In this document: positions 23,655-36,050 of the stretch, one piece after another
Position numbering within the stretch: position 1 is the first letter of the stretch
How the letters are laid out: every line of letters begins with the position of its first letter
Source of the DNA: Parasitella parasitica NRRL 2501
Lineage: Eukaryota > Fungi > Mucoromycota
Reading direction: 5' to 3'
NCBI GenBank assembly: GCA_025201805.1
Contig: MU619275.1
Coordinates: 36,700 to 100,699 of the forward strand
Length of the DNA: 64,000 nt
Made by a program: the position numbers and the translations under genes
The notes under the pieces: model-generated
Told to the model about the DNA's origin: nothing
The model's database searches: none
What the model saw: the letters and a program-made list of their open reading frames with translations, nothing else

Positions 23655-24330
23655 CTATTTTCAATTCAAGAGCAAAGCATGATTTTACTAGGTAATTTGG
23701 GTATGTCTTAATATGAATCGATAGTTCAGATAGTGCATAATACGGGCGCAAAAATTATATTTGTATACCTTCATTTTGGGATGAAATAATCACCGCCAAA
23801 TCTGAAATATTATCTTTTTTCGCGCTTAAAGGCCTATAATGCAATCTCTGACCATTTTTCAGGTTTTGCTTTGTTTGGACCCCAAACCTCATATTCGATT
23901 TTCAATTTTCAACTTTAGCACAATCTTCAGGGTCATTTTTAAGTACGGATTTGGGATACAAGCCAAGAGCACATCCCAATACTAGTACCTTGGGTGTACC
24001 TCGGTACGTTTTCCAATTCTCAATATCTATCTTTTTTGTAGAGATATTGCCAAAACAAGATTTTGCAGATATTGACGCATATGGGCCAATAACAAATACC
24101 AAATTTTGCAAGTAAATCATATCTTATCTTCCAAGTAAAGTAGCAAAGCACATATTGATACACCTATTGGTATCAAACACATTTTTGTGAAGCTCGAATT
24201 CAACGAACTTTAGCCAATTTTGTCTTTTTACATAGAGCTTTTATGGTCGATTTCTCAACAAACCATTAAAATTCTTTGACTAAAGGAATTATTAAAACAT
24301 GTTTATGGTATATAGCTTTCTAATAGATGT
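23655..24330 (+). repeat. Diverged direct repeat, copy 2
   Basis: Same ordered blocks as copy 1. Confidence 0.85.
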
Positions 24331-24540
24331 GATGGATCGTTTGGTTTGCTTTATAACGTTTTCTCTGCTCAAAATGTTTGTAATTTTGCTGAAAAAGGTT
24401 CTACATCAATCTTGAGGAAATTTTTAATAGAAAAAGTACTTCTCTAGCCATGCAACTTATACCATTTGATTTAAAATTTAAATTTCAACAAAGAATACTT
24501 AAAACACATAGGTGATATGCATATCAATTTCTTAGGGAAC

Positions 24541-26749
24541 TAGTAAACGAAATTCGAGAATTAAAATTAATTATTAGACCTTTTGTTTACCTTTTTTGGA
24601 CGAAATAAAAATGGAAGTGAGACAGAAAGAATTAGTTTTTTGAAGAATAAGGATTTATGTTTAGACATTTACCTGTAAAAATCTAAATCCCTTTCGGGAA
24701 GACCATGTTTATTACGGCGATTAAAATCTGAAGGTCTTCCTCTCCCTGCCCAGATGGACAAAGAGATGCTCATCATATTTAGGCTTGCATTAATGTCTCT
24801 CTGCCACACAGTTTTGCAATTAGAACAGGACAAAACGGAAAACCCTTTGAACCCTTTGGTCTTGATTATTTTTGTCTCGGAAAGGCAGAGGCAGCATTTC
24901 TTGGAGGTGTTAAATTCATTGATTGTACAAACAATCACTTCACCTTCTGCTTCACGTCTTTTTAAGGCTCTAAAAAATAAATCAACTACACCGTGCCGCA
25001 ACCCTTTGAATGTAACATGGTTTTTGTTAAAAACGCCATCGCCAAAGATTACCAAGGGAATTTTGTCTTTGAATTGGTCGAACTTGGGTTGTTTCTATTT
25101 AAAGGCTCTACAAAAAAGGTTAACTCTTTACAGTTGATTCATATTCTAATACAAAAATAGTAGTTTACTTTGGTTGAGGTTCTACTTTTCCACAATAGCG
25201 TTGTTATAACTAGTGGTAATTTCTATGCAAGCCTCACTAATACATTGGGAAGCCCCAGGAATACGTGTTACTGTATGTGCGAAAGTTGGATTGTCCGTCT
25301 TGAAGCTATTCAATAATTCCATAAATTCATCAGGGAGTTCTTTTTTGCTCGTAGGTGCTTGCCCGTTGACCATTTGGATTACAGTGTACCAGAAATTTTG
25401 AGTAAAAATACACTTGGGAGCAGCAATACACTCGGGAGCAGCATCATTATGTCTTTTTAAAATATAGTAATTGACAAGCAGCTTCGCCTTAAAGACCAGG
25501 TTGCGGACGGTGGAGCAGGCATTGACAACTTTTTCGTTCAATTTGCTTTTGTAGTCATCATGTACAGCTTTATTGAACGATATTCTCCTTGAAAACGCTC
25601 GATAATTAGTACCCAAATTATCCTTCAAAACATCAGACCTTCGTTCAGCACGTTCAGTACACAGAGCAGAGCGTCCATTAACGTGGCCTGGCTGTTTACA
25701 CCTCGCGCAAACTACATCATCACTTTGGTTTGAGCTACTACTTTCTCCCAGTTTTGCTTTCTTTTTATCATTTTTGGTTTCTTGAGTTTGTTTTCGTTTT
25801 CTCCTTGTACTGGAACCAACTACAAACATAAAAAAAGAAAACTATATTTATAAAGATATCTTTTTGGCACTTTGCGTTTTAGTTGTTTACCATCACTAGC
25901 TGTACTAGCTACATATAGCTCACACTTAAAGTAATTCTTTGTAAGATGACCACTTTTTCCGCAGTCAACACAGGTTCCATCTAAAAGCCAACAGTGTGAA
26001 TGAAAGTGCAAACGGTAATTATCTTATATTTACCTTCATAAGGATCTGCTTTATACTTTTCAAACATCTCACGTTTCTTGTCATCAATAATTGTTTTAAA
26101 CTCTTTATTACACATTAAGATAGAGAAACAGATAAAGAGAAGGAAAGAAAAATGTTGTAAAAAGATTCTGATATCATTGTTCTTATCATATAAGGGGTAA
26201 CAGTGGTTTGTAAACAAAATTCATCAGTACTGATATATTAGTGTGAATGAGAAAATCAATTATAAGGAAGAAAGGACGAAAAGCAATTAGCGCTTTTAAG
26301 CAATACGACAAAAACACATTTGAAGATGAGTCGTATTTGTATCATTCTCTTTATATTTTTTTGTGCCTTAATATCTTACTAAAGAGCATCTTTGCAGTGT
26401 TGATTTTTTGGCCGCTAAACATGCTTAACTTTGACTAAAAAAAATACCGCTGCTCATGCTCTAATTCTTAATGACACTTTTCGTGCTCACAATATTTTGC
26501 CACGCAGATATTTATATATAATATACACATTCAGGGTCATTATAGGTAAATGTCTGGGAGATTCTCTTGATGTAAAATTCGGCCCAAATAGACCTTCACT
26601 GGTACTGAACGAATATTACAGAAACGCCTCCCCTTGTTCCTCTTAAAAAAAAACTCTCATTTCTAATTTCATCTCATCCAAAAAAAGGTAAGCAAAAGGT
26701 CTAAAAATTAATTTCAATTAGCCCAAAAAAAAATTAACATCGTCTGCTT
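24541..26749 (-). mobile_element. Non-autonomous Fanzor-carrying TIR element (outer boundaries approximate)
   Basis: Inverted repeat 24559-24623 versus ~26655-26719 (core TTAGACCTTTTG[T/C]TTACCTTTTTT...GGA). The degenerate start TAGTAAACGAAATT at 24541 resembles element 1's CAGTCGACGAAACT. No intact TSD and no transposase. Confidence 0.7.
24669..26115 (-). pseudogene. Fanzor nuclease with two N-terminal CCHC knuckles, internally deleted
   Basis: N-terminal exons: CVDCGKSGHLTKNYFKC, CARCKQPGHVNGRSALC, LLVNYYIL...IFTQNFWYTVIQMV...TSYNNAIVE. Abrupt junction at ~25185, then AFK*KQPKF...PLVIFGDG...INEFNTSKKCCLC...LSCSNCKTVWQRDINASLNM...GRP. RuvC-I region is absent. Confidence 0.88.
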
Positions 26750-27340
26750 TTAGAGTAAAATCCTGTCGCATTAGGTAAGAATTAATTTCACGATGAGAGT
26801 ATGCCACCCAATCTAACGACAGATAAAATCTAGTATTAGTTGATTTCTTCAAGTTCAGAACTGCAAAAGGGTTGTGGGAGTTGTGATGTACAACCATATG
26901 GTGAAAGTTTTATATTTTCTAAAGTAAAACTGGATCACTGTTATACATTTCTGACTATGATGATGCGACTAATTCGAATTGAGAACAGCCGCGGCCTGTC
27001 TCCTGTTAGCTTGGCATTAAAATCTCAAAATGGTTAACCAAAGATATCAAGATGCAAAAAACTATGATTTGCAGTTAAAAAGTCCAATCAACATATTTGA
27101 ATTTTCGAACGCATATATGAACTTGAAACTTAATTCAGCTATACATGTATTCTCTTTTGTAATCTCTTTCGAATCAACTTATTATTGAATAGGTTGGATT
27201 GAATGTTTTCATATATATATCCGATAAAATACGTTGTAAATAGTTTATTTCCGCTTTGATATATGTATGTATTAGAGCTTGTTAATCATTATATTTTTGT
27301 GAGTGCTTGTTTATGTGGTATAAAAGTAATATTGTTGCAC

Positions 27341-28968
27341 TTAGAAAATTGGTTGTCTGGCACTGTTTCTCTCATTTGACTCGATAACAGTTGGATTGAA
27401 CTTGGGCCAATCTCTGCTGTTAGCTGGTGATGAGGGTTGGCTATTATTACGAGATGATAAAGTTTTTCTTTTGTTGGCGATGATAACTTCCTGAGGTATA
27501 ACAATGGTTGGATTTTCCTCCTCTCTCGTCTTCCAGCTTTGCAATGTTTTGACGTATTTAGTGGCTGAACTGCTACTCATTAATAAAGGCTGCGATTGCT
27601 GGCGATCTTTGTCATTTGCAACACGATGGTGGTCCAGTTTAAGATCAAAGTGTTCAAATGTTTTAATCAAGTCGTACGATTCGGTGAATTCCAAAGTACT
27701 AAAATCGATCAGCATTTTCTTTTCTTGTTGAGTGAAAGGCGATGTCCAAAGCGATAACGGGTCTATTTTGTGCTGCTTGGAATGAGACGCCACGGCAGGT
27801 GCCTGATTGAAAAGAAAAGAAAAGAAAAAAAAAACAAACCATTAATATGTAATCAGGTATATCATGAAAAACCAACCTTTTTGATATCATTAATGTTAGT
27901 TGGTGCTGTGTTGGCGCTGGTGTTTTTTGCCAATACAGGACGAACATACTTTTGTGATTTAAGAGGATTAGTTAAAGTAGTGAATACTTCAGGATAAGAC
28001 ATCATGAACTCAAATATCCTAATCCAAGTATTGCTCTCCTTGACCAGTTCCAATTGAAGCAATTCGTTTGGTTTATAAAGCAATTTGGTTGTTGATAAAC
28101 TACCGTAGACTAGTTTGTTGCGCTTTCCTTGCTGTCGCTGCTTCTTGCGTACAACGGTGCTCAGCAGCAGCTCGCGTGCTTTACGAAAGAATTGTTGCTT
28201 GTTCAACATGAGTGGAAGTGACGTGTAAGACGATGAGCAAGGTCGATTGCTGCTGTTGAGAGAGTAGGATGCTGATCTATTTTGCTTTGGATCAGGTAAA
28301 AGTTGCGACACAGCGTCAATTCGAACACATGTGGGAGCAAATATGATGGCCAATGATTCAACTGACATCTGATTTTTATCTTGGTGTTGCTGAATCGAGT
28401 GCGCAACTTCGAGCAAGAACTGCAATAAATGCAGATGTTCATGAGGTAATGTTTTACAAATTTCTTTCAGCTTTCTTTTTAGTGTTTCTTGTGTACATTT
28501 TTGCTCATCTAAGTAGATCGTTAATTTTTTTTTTGCGTCATGCTGCTGTGTAGGATTTTACCAAAGATACTAATAAATAGTGGCTGGTAGCTTCTGGGTA
28601 TCACTGGCTCAGGTAGCTGCTGTAAATAGCGCTTGAACAATGCAGCAAGTGAATGTGTCGATAAGGTTGATGGAAGCTTAATTAAAAACGGATTGTGGTT
28701 TTCTTCGAATTGTGCTTGCAATTGATTTACGGCAGCCGCTGAACCAGATTTGCGAAATATGCCTTCAATATCTAGACCTACAGAAAGAAAGAAAAAATCA
28801 ACATTGACACAATGCTACTAGATGAGGAAGATTTATGCTACCTTTTTCTTCGATTTCATGGAAACACCTGCCCAAGATGCCGGGGATCGACAAGCCAGAA
28901 GGAGTCGTAAAACTAGAACGTGCCAATGCAGTAACAAGAGTTGAGCCGAATAGCGGTGGAGATTGCAT
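27341..28968 (-). CDS. RhoGAP domain protein, multi-exon
   Basis: GLDIEGIFRKSGS arginine finger, HSLAALFKRYLQQLPEPVIP, NQMSVESLAIIFAPT. Confidence 0.9.
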
Positions 28969-29279
28969 GATTAGAGTATAAAAAAAAAACGGAAGGGAGA
29001 GAGAGAGAGAGAGAAAGAAGGAGAAAAATAAGCCTCCAAGTTCCTCAAGCAAATGTCTGATAACCATCACTTTTAACCTTTAATTCTACTGTCAATTCGC
29101 AGTGTGGGCTCGATGCTCGGAAAATTATCCTTCAAAGATGTGTCCCTTAATAGTATTTTCGCCTATTTATAGCCACTTTACACCAGACCACATTATTTTT
29201 GGGACCTCCAGCCGGTCACATAAGAAGCAGCAGTTGGACATGACCAGCTCAGAACGTTTCTCCTTTAAAACCAGTTGAT

Positions 29280-29853
29280 ATGGAGTTTCGAGAATACAGA
29301 ATTATACAAGCATCCACAAAAGCTTTACTATTTAGAAAATGCGAATGCGGTGGTTACACGACTCCTGTCATCATAAATGATCTTGTATTTGACCAAGAAA
29401 TATTTTACTGCCATAGCAAATGCAAGAAAATCATTACAGAGTTCAAGATTGCGTACAAGCTTCCACTAATAGTGTTAAATACCATGACCAGCAAGCTGGA
29501 ATCAATTGTTGCGTACGACGATACCGTTGCTGATTTCATCGGGTGTCTACCCAAGCAATATTTAAAGGTAATTTCTTGCAGAAAGACATTTTTGATCATG
29601 CGGATACTTATAGTCGACGCTTCAGTATTTGAAAGAAGATAATTTGCTAAGTAGAAAGCTAGAAGAGGCTCTTGTAGGCATAAGCTGTGCAGCTAAATTA
29701 GACAGAAAAAGAGGAAATGACCAATCCACAAAGGCGAAAAAGCTTCTAATACTTACTGATGGAGAGAAGATCAACTTGATTGACATAATCAGAAATGGTT
29801 CAGACGACATCCACTTTGGTGACGACGATGAAGATGACGATGATATTTCATAA
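29280..29853 (+). CDS. Small zinc-ribbon OB-fold protein (RPA1 C-terminal / DDIAS-like), 2 exons
   Basis: KCEC...FYCHSKC...AYKLPLIV...IVAYDDTVADFIGC; intron about 29568-29624. Confidence 0.55.
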
Positions 29854-30113
29854 ATACAAGATTCCTCTCACTGCTATTGTTATTGTTTTTGTTGATCATA
29901 ATGTTAGTTTTGCGGTTGATAAATAAGCTACACTTCAAACCTTCTACAATAGTAATAGACATTGATAAGTAGATCAAGAGCGACTAGATAAATTTTATTT
30001 GTCCATCCGATATCTATTGATTGGCTTATTCTGTTGCCTTCTCTCGAAAATTTTTTTATTTTGTCAAGGAAAAAAATGCGGAAATGAATTAATCCCTCTC
30101 TTTCTCTATCATC

Positions 30114-31114
30114 ATGGCTGGTATCACTGTTAAGGACGTCAACGCCCACTGTAAGTAGATCTGTTTCATTTATTATGCTTGTGTTTGGTATAAAAAAAAA
30201 AGGAATGTCGTAATTACGAAAAGAAGAGCATTGTAGCCAGGAGGGGACCACGGTACAAAAAAAAGAAAAAAAAGCCTTTTTCTGATTTTTCCTCGGTCAA
30301 GTGGATAAAAGCATGCGCTATACCGTTGAGGATATTATGCTCTTATCGTTTTTGCTAGTAGCATCAATATAGCATTTTGTCATGGTAGAAGGATGCGAAA
30401 TGTTGGACAAAGTTACAAAGTGTATTTGGGTGGCTTGTCTCTTTTGAACATGTACACACATTTTTACTACCTATCAACATGATCCCCTCTTTCTCTATGT
30501 CTTGCTTCCTGTTACCAAGCACACGCATTATTGAATACAACACCATATCTTAACTCGGTTCTTTTTTTTTTTTTTTTTTTTTNNNNNNNNNNTTATAGCT
30601 TTCATCAAAGCCTATGCTGCTTACCTCAAGCGTACCGGTAAGCTCGAGGTGCCCAAGTGGGTCGATCTCGTCAAGACCGGTACCTTCAAGGAATTGGCTC
30701 CCTATGATCCCGATTGGTACTTTATCCGTGCTGGTAAGTTCATCATCAATTGAGCGCTTAACATGAAATTAACACGGTAAACAGCCTCCGTCGCTCGTCA
30801 CATCTATATCCGCAAATCTGTTGGTGTTGGCGCTTTAAACAAGGTTCATGGTGGTTCCATTAACCGTGGTTCTCGTCCTTCTCATCACGTCGATGCTTCT
30901 GGTTCCGTCAACCGTAAGGTTCTCCAATCTTTGGAGAAGATTGGTGTCCTCGAAAAAGACAAAAAGGGGTAAGTTTTGCCTTTTCTGGGTTACTGTTATA
31001 TATATATGCTTATTGTTTTATTTGCAAACCAGTGGCCGTAAGATCACTCAAGATGGCCAGCGTGATTTGGATCGTATTGCCATGACCCTCGCCGAGGAAT
31101 CCGATGAAGAGTAA
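30114..31114 (+). CDS. RPS19: 40S ribosomal protein S19 (eS19), 4 exons
   Basis: [12 protein letters not shown]|[41 protein letters not shown]...[16 protein letters not shown]; intron 1 30151-30598. Confidence 0.97.
30583..30592. other. Assembly gap (10 N) after a poly-T tract
   Basis: Run of n characters in the sequence. Confidence 1.
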
Positions 31115-32070
31115 ACCTTTTCATTTGCTGCAATTTTTCTTAATAATAAAACTTGAAAAAGACACTATTTAAAAAAGCACACGGTGCTGTTATGATTGAG
31201 GAATCATCTCAACTAAAGAATATAAAGTACTTAATAAACTGGGTATCGGGATACAATCAGTTTAATACTTACCTGAATACTACACTCTAAGAATATGATG
31301 TAGGGGAAAGAAAACTCTCTGGATTCGTATCCAAATATGTTGAAAGATGAATAAAGACGACATTACTCAGCGCAAATGCTTAATGGATAGTGTAAAATCT
31401 AATGCATCAAGACAGTGAATGGCTTGGCAGAGGGGACAGAATCACTTCAAACTGCTATTTTTGTTGAAAGTTAGTATTTTCGTATATAATTGTCTCTCAA
31501 GGAGTATGTTTTGTTGAAAAACTTCAAATTTATAAAAATGGTTGTTATTTTAGTTATAGAGTAAAAACTATTTTACAGACCTCTTTTGGAAGTCTGTCAA
31601 AGCTGCAAGGCCAAACTATAAATTATCGTGAGCCATGTAAACGCCATATGACTTTATCCTCACTACAACTGTAGTAATAATAATAAACAAGAGGTATCAT
31701 TTTATATAAATGTGTATATGTGTGGGCGGGAATGATTTGATGGTATTATATACTTTCTGATTCTGCTGATGATTGTGATAAATTATAGTAAAAGGTAGAA
31801 ATAAATATAGAGTAATAGTAATAGAAAGAGAAAATAATTTACACAATGAAGGAGGAAATTTTTAGCTTGATCTATCTTTCTAAGAGAAAGTGGAGGAGGA
31901 GTATAAGAGAAAAAGATGTCATCTTGATCATTGTTGGTATTATGCAAGTGCTGTTTGTTGTTTGTGTGGGTGTGTGGGTGTGGGTGTGGGTGTGTAGGTT
32001 GTGGATGTTTGTGTTGATTGTGCTGGTGTTGTATGTGTGGGTGTGGGTGGTAATATGCTTTTGGAAAACT

Positions 32071-33737
32071 TTAAGCGACGGCGTCAGGGAACACTTCACG
32101 AACGAGAGAAGAGAGTTCTTTTTGCTTTGTGCACTCAAGAGCGCCCTTTTTGATGTCAGCATGGATTTTCTGTTGAGTGAGCTATTGTTAGTATAATGGA
32201 CGAGCAATCAAACAAAAACCATTCACTTGCCTTCAATACTGCTTTGGCTCCAGGACGAGTAAGACCGTTATGTGTCAACATCCAGCGTACCAATTCAGTC
32301 ATTCCCTTGGATGGGACGGAAAAGTGGAACTTAGGAGGATCACCGTACAAGATGTCAGCGTAGATATCTTGGCTGTTTTCCAGGTAGTAGAGAGGTGGAA
32401 CACGGTCCATCATTTCGATAATGGTAATGGCAAGTGACCAAACATCAACATTTTCTTTATAGGGACTTTCGGAAACAACCTCAGGTGCCATCCACTAATG
32501 ATTGCGCGTTAATAAACATGTGAAAAAGGACACGATTTCAAACATATACCTTGGCTGTTCCTAAGCGTGATTTGTTGACCTTGTTGATGGGAGTAGCCAG
32601 GCCAAAGTCGGCTGAAATACAACATTCGGTGAGTGTTTGCTTGTTTATACAATACAAAATGCCTTACCCAATTTGACTTGACCGTTGCGACTCAAGAGGA
32701 TATTCTCACACTTTATGTCACGATGCATGTAGTTCTTGGAATGGAGGTAGACGAGACCCTCCAGGCACTCTTTGGCAATACGCACGGCATTGCCTTCGTT
32801 CAAGCCGACGGTGGTGTTGTACAGCAAGTTGAATACGGAGCAGGACATGAGCTCCATGCACATCCAAAGATGGTCTTCCCAGAGACAGGCTTCTCTGATC
32901 TGGATCAAGTTTGGGTGGCTCAAGCAGCCCATGATACGTAATTCTCTCAGAATATAGGCATGATGGGGGGTATCTTGGTCTTCTATGTAGCATCTTTTGA
33001 TGGCTACATAAGTCTTTGTGTGCTTTCTTAATGCCCGTACTACGGCTCCATTGGCGCTGTAGATGTTGCGTTAGTTCTTGTGAGGATATTAAAATTTTTG
33101 ACAAGTGTAACCTTACCCGCTGCCCACTTGACGAAGTCCTTCAAACTGCTCTTTGGGGTTTAACTCCATTATTTTTGATCCGGGAAGCACTTTCCGAAGC
33201 TTGGCATCAAACTCAGCATGCAGTTTGCGCTTGACTTTGACTATTGGCGGTGGTAAGGGAATGATGCTGAGAGATTTGCCAACGGGTATCCAACGCTGCT
33301 TTTTTCAGACGTAAGCAAAATAAAATCTAGGTTACAGCCTCATGTAATTTTATACCTTTGTTTGGGCTTTGGGTTTGCTCTCTGTAGGCTTTTTTTTGGG
33401 CTGCTGTTGCATGCTATGATGGATTTTATTTTTATTTTTTTCCCATGCTTCTTTGATAATGTCTGGAATCTCAAAATTTCCAGGAACACGCCAAGGTGCC
33501 TGAGATTTCATTTTAACGTTACTATACACCAGCGTGTAAAATATATATATATATGTATAAAAAAGGTACCTTTCTACCGCTAATGTTGTTGACATTGCTG
33601 GACTTTTCTTGGGGCTGTTGGTTGCTGATGGTTAGCAATTTACGTGGTTTTGTATCCATGATCTTCTGCTGTGGTGAAGCAAGCCGGGTTGCAGCAGAGG
33701 AACTTGATGTATCAAATAATGTGGGGGATGTACTCAT
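32071..33737 (-). CDS. Ste20/PAK-related Ser/Thr protein kinase, multi-exon
   Basis: GANGAV, VAIKR, HRDIKCEN, DFG, GTAKWMAPE, DVWSLAIT. Confidence 0.9.
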
Positions 33738-34443
33738 TGTAGAGTAAGCCACTTTTTGATATATTGAATTATTTGATATGGTGGATATTTTAGAAGTAAG
33801 CCGAAAAGGAAAAGAGCACAATTGCCACCCTCTTGTCGTATAAAAAAGAAGGAAAAGAGAAAGAGAAAAAAAATATATGTACAAGGAAAAAAAGGGGGGA
33901 AAAAGATTTATTTATTTTGCCTCGACTAGCAGGTTATTACACTCTCTCTACACTGCGATAATATATGTAGTATTATTGATGTGTGTGTGAAGAAAAACAG
34001 CTAAGGGGCCGAAGGGTTACAGAAATAAAATGATAATAAAACGGGCTTTTCTTTTTCTGTATCATTTGAACTCTATTCCGTCTTGATTCTCCATTGCTAC
34101 TGCGTAGGGCTGATACATTTCCTCCAGTCATTAAGAATGCCAATGCTAGTGTTTCATCTTTCACTGTAAACTATAAAAGGCATGCGCAAGCCAGTGGTCG
34201 TCATTTTATAAAGCCACAGAGCTCATTTGCAATGAGATGATCGCTAATATATGTATACAATATCAATATGTGTTCATATCGTTGCTTTAAAATGTATTGT
34301 AACACCATCCAAGTAGTACTCATCGCCTCGCTCGGGTATCATCTCCAATCGTAAACTATATATAATCTTCGTGTACAAAGTGTGCCTCAATAACAGCAAC
34401 AAAAAAAAAAAGTGCTGCAAATATACATTATCAAGCCGTTGCT

Positions 34444-36050
34444 TTATTCATAGTCAAAATATCTATTGCTCATATTACTTTTATTACCAACAAGGGATGG
34501 TAGTTGTTGTGATGATGGTGGTACAATAGTAGAAGAAGCAGAAGTTGATGCTGGCGGTCCTGCAGTGGAAATACTAGATGGTGATCTATTGGTGCTATTA
34601 TCTTTTTTGAACAAGAAATCTGTTAATGGACGTATGATGATGGATTCGTTTGTTATGGGTGGTGCCATTGGAGGCGATGTGGATTGCAATAGCGGTTGTG
34701 TAGATTGGCGAGGGGACGCAGGCAATCGGTATGATTGTTGTTGTTGTTGTTGTTGTTGATACCAATCAAGCTGCTGCTGCTGCTGCTGCTGTTGTTGTTG
34801 TTGTTGATGCATTGCTAATCCCCCATATTCGGTGGTAGCCATGTCTTCATTATGGTATCTCAAAGATGTTTGTTGCTGCTGAGTGGGATATACATTCTTT
34901 GTGGTAGTATGATTGCTATCAGGTCTCTAGTTTTTTACACAATGTGTTACCTCCAACCAAAAACGAAAATAAAGCTATCTTACCTCTCTTTGCTGTTCAT
35001 GAGCCATGTCGGTATATATCATGTATGTAATGTATGCATGCATCGCATTCCTTTTAATACGAGGATTTTGTTTCTACGCCAAAAATAAGTCCCTGCTACT
35101 TTCGAAGCTTCCATCGTTCACATCATATCTTACCATCGACAGGTATTGCCACGAAAAAGCATGTGTACCCTCAGATTGTGACTCATGCTATTTAAGAATG
35201 ACAAAGATGAATACATGATACAAAGTTTGTTGTCAATGCATCCTAAATGTATGCATAGCCTAGTTTGTTAACGTACCGCCCCTCTCATCTCCTCATCTTC
35301 CTTGATGTGATTGTTTGGCAAGCCGTTCCACGTGTCCGACGAAAATACTCCATGTCCTGATACCGAGGGTCTTGAGTACCTATGACGTCTTTCACTGTAA
35401 CGACGATGCAGCATGGAAGCTGAGGATCGGCCATCGCTATCATCATTTGAGCCATATGTAAATGACTTTCTTTTCGTTGTACCTTTCAAAAAATTACACA
35501 TTAATTTTTTTTTCCTCCTTGACACTCTTTCTTCCTTACCGTGTCTTCCGTATAATCTAATCTCTCTTCTTTCGTAGGATCTACCTTTATATTCACCTTC
35601 ATCATCTATTACAGCTGCAGCTGCAGCCAATAACATAATGGGATCAGGCTGACTTCGTTCTTGATGTAAGTGTAGATTGGTATCAGTTTTGATTGGTAAA
35701 GAAACCTTAATGTCTCCTATTGTATGATATAACGTAAATGTCAGTTTTTTTTTTCCCATGGAAAAAACTGTAATCACCTTTGCTAGATGCTCTTCTTTTA
35801 GTAATGTTGACAGGAGCTACATCGTTTGCTAATGAAATAATGAATAAAAATGCTCAGGTCTTTATTGCCTACTATTACCGTTTGGAGATGTAACTTGATT
35901 GGCCAAGTCTATCAATATACGGCTTACGTCTGCGTCCACCTCTCTGTGATTGTTTGAGGTGGAATTCAAATCCTGATGCAAATTATCATGGGTGTCTCCT
36001 CTTGTTGAGGATGATCGTGGCTGTATTTGTGTTGGATATTCTTGCAACAT
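34444..36050 (-). CDS. Hypothetical low-complexity poly-Q protein, multi-exon
   Basis: Spliceable exons with ILIDLAN, DPIMLLAAAAAVID, KQNPRIKRNAMHTYITYMIYTDM and poly-Q; no domain recognised. Confidence 0.6.

Noticed and set aside
22175-24330. CRISPR-like or multi-guide array next to the Fanzor
   Set aside because: Only two long diverged units, with no short identical repeats separated by unique spacers.
31265-31275. ATACTTACCTG, identical to the 5' end of U1 snRNA
   Set aside because: No stem-loop I (GATCAxGAAG loop) or suitably placed Sm site follows; more likely a minus-strand splice-donor-like sequence or chance.
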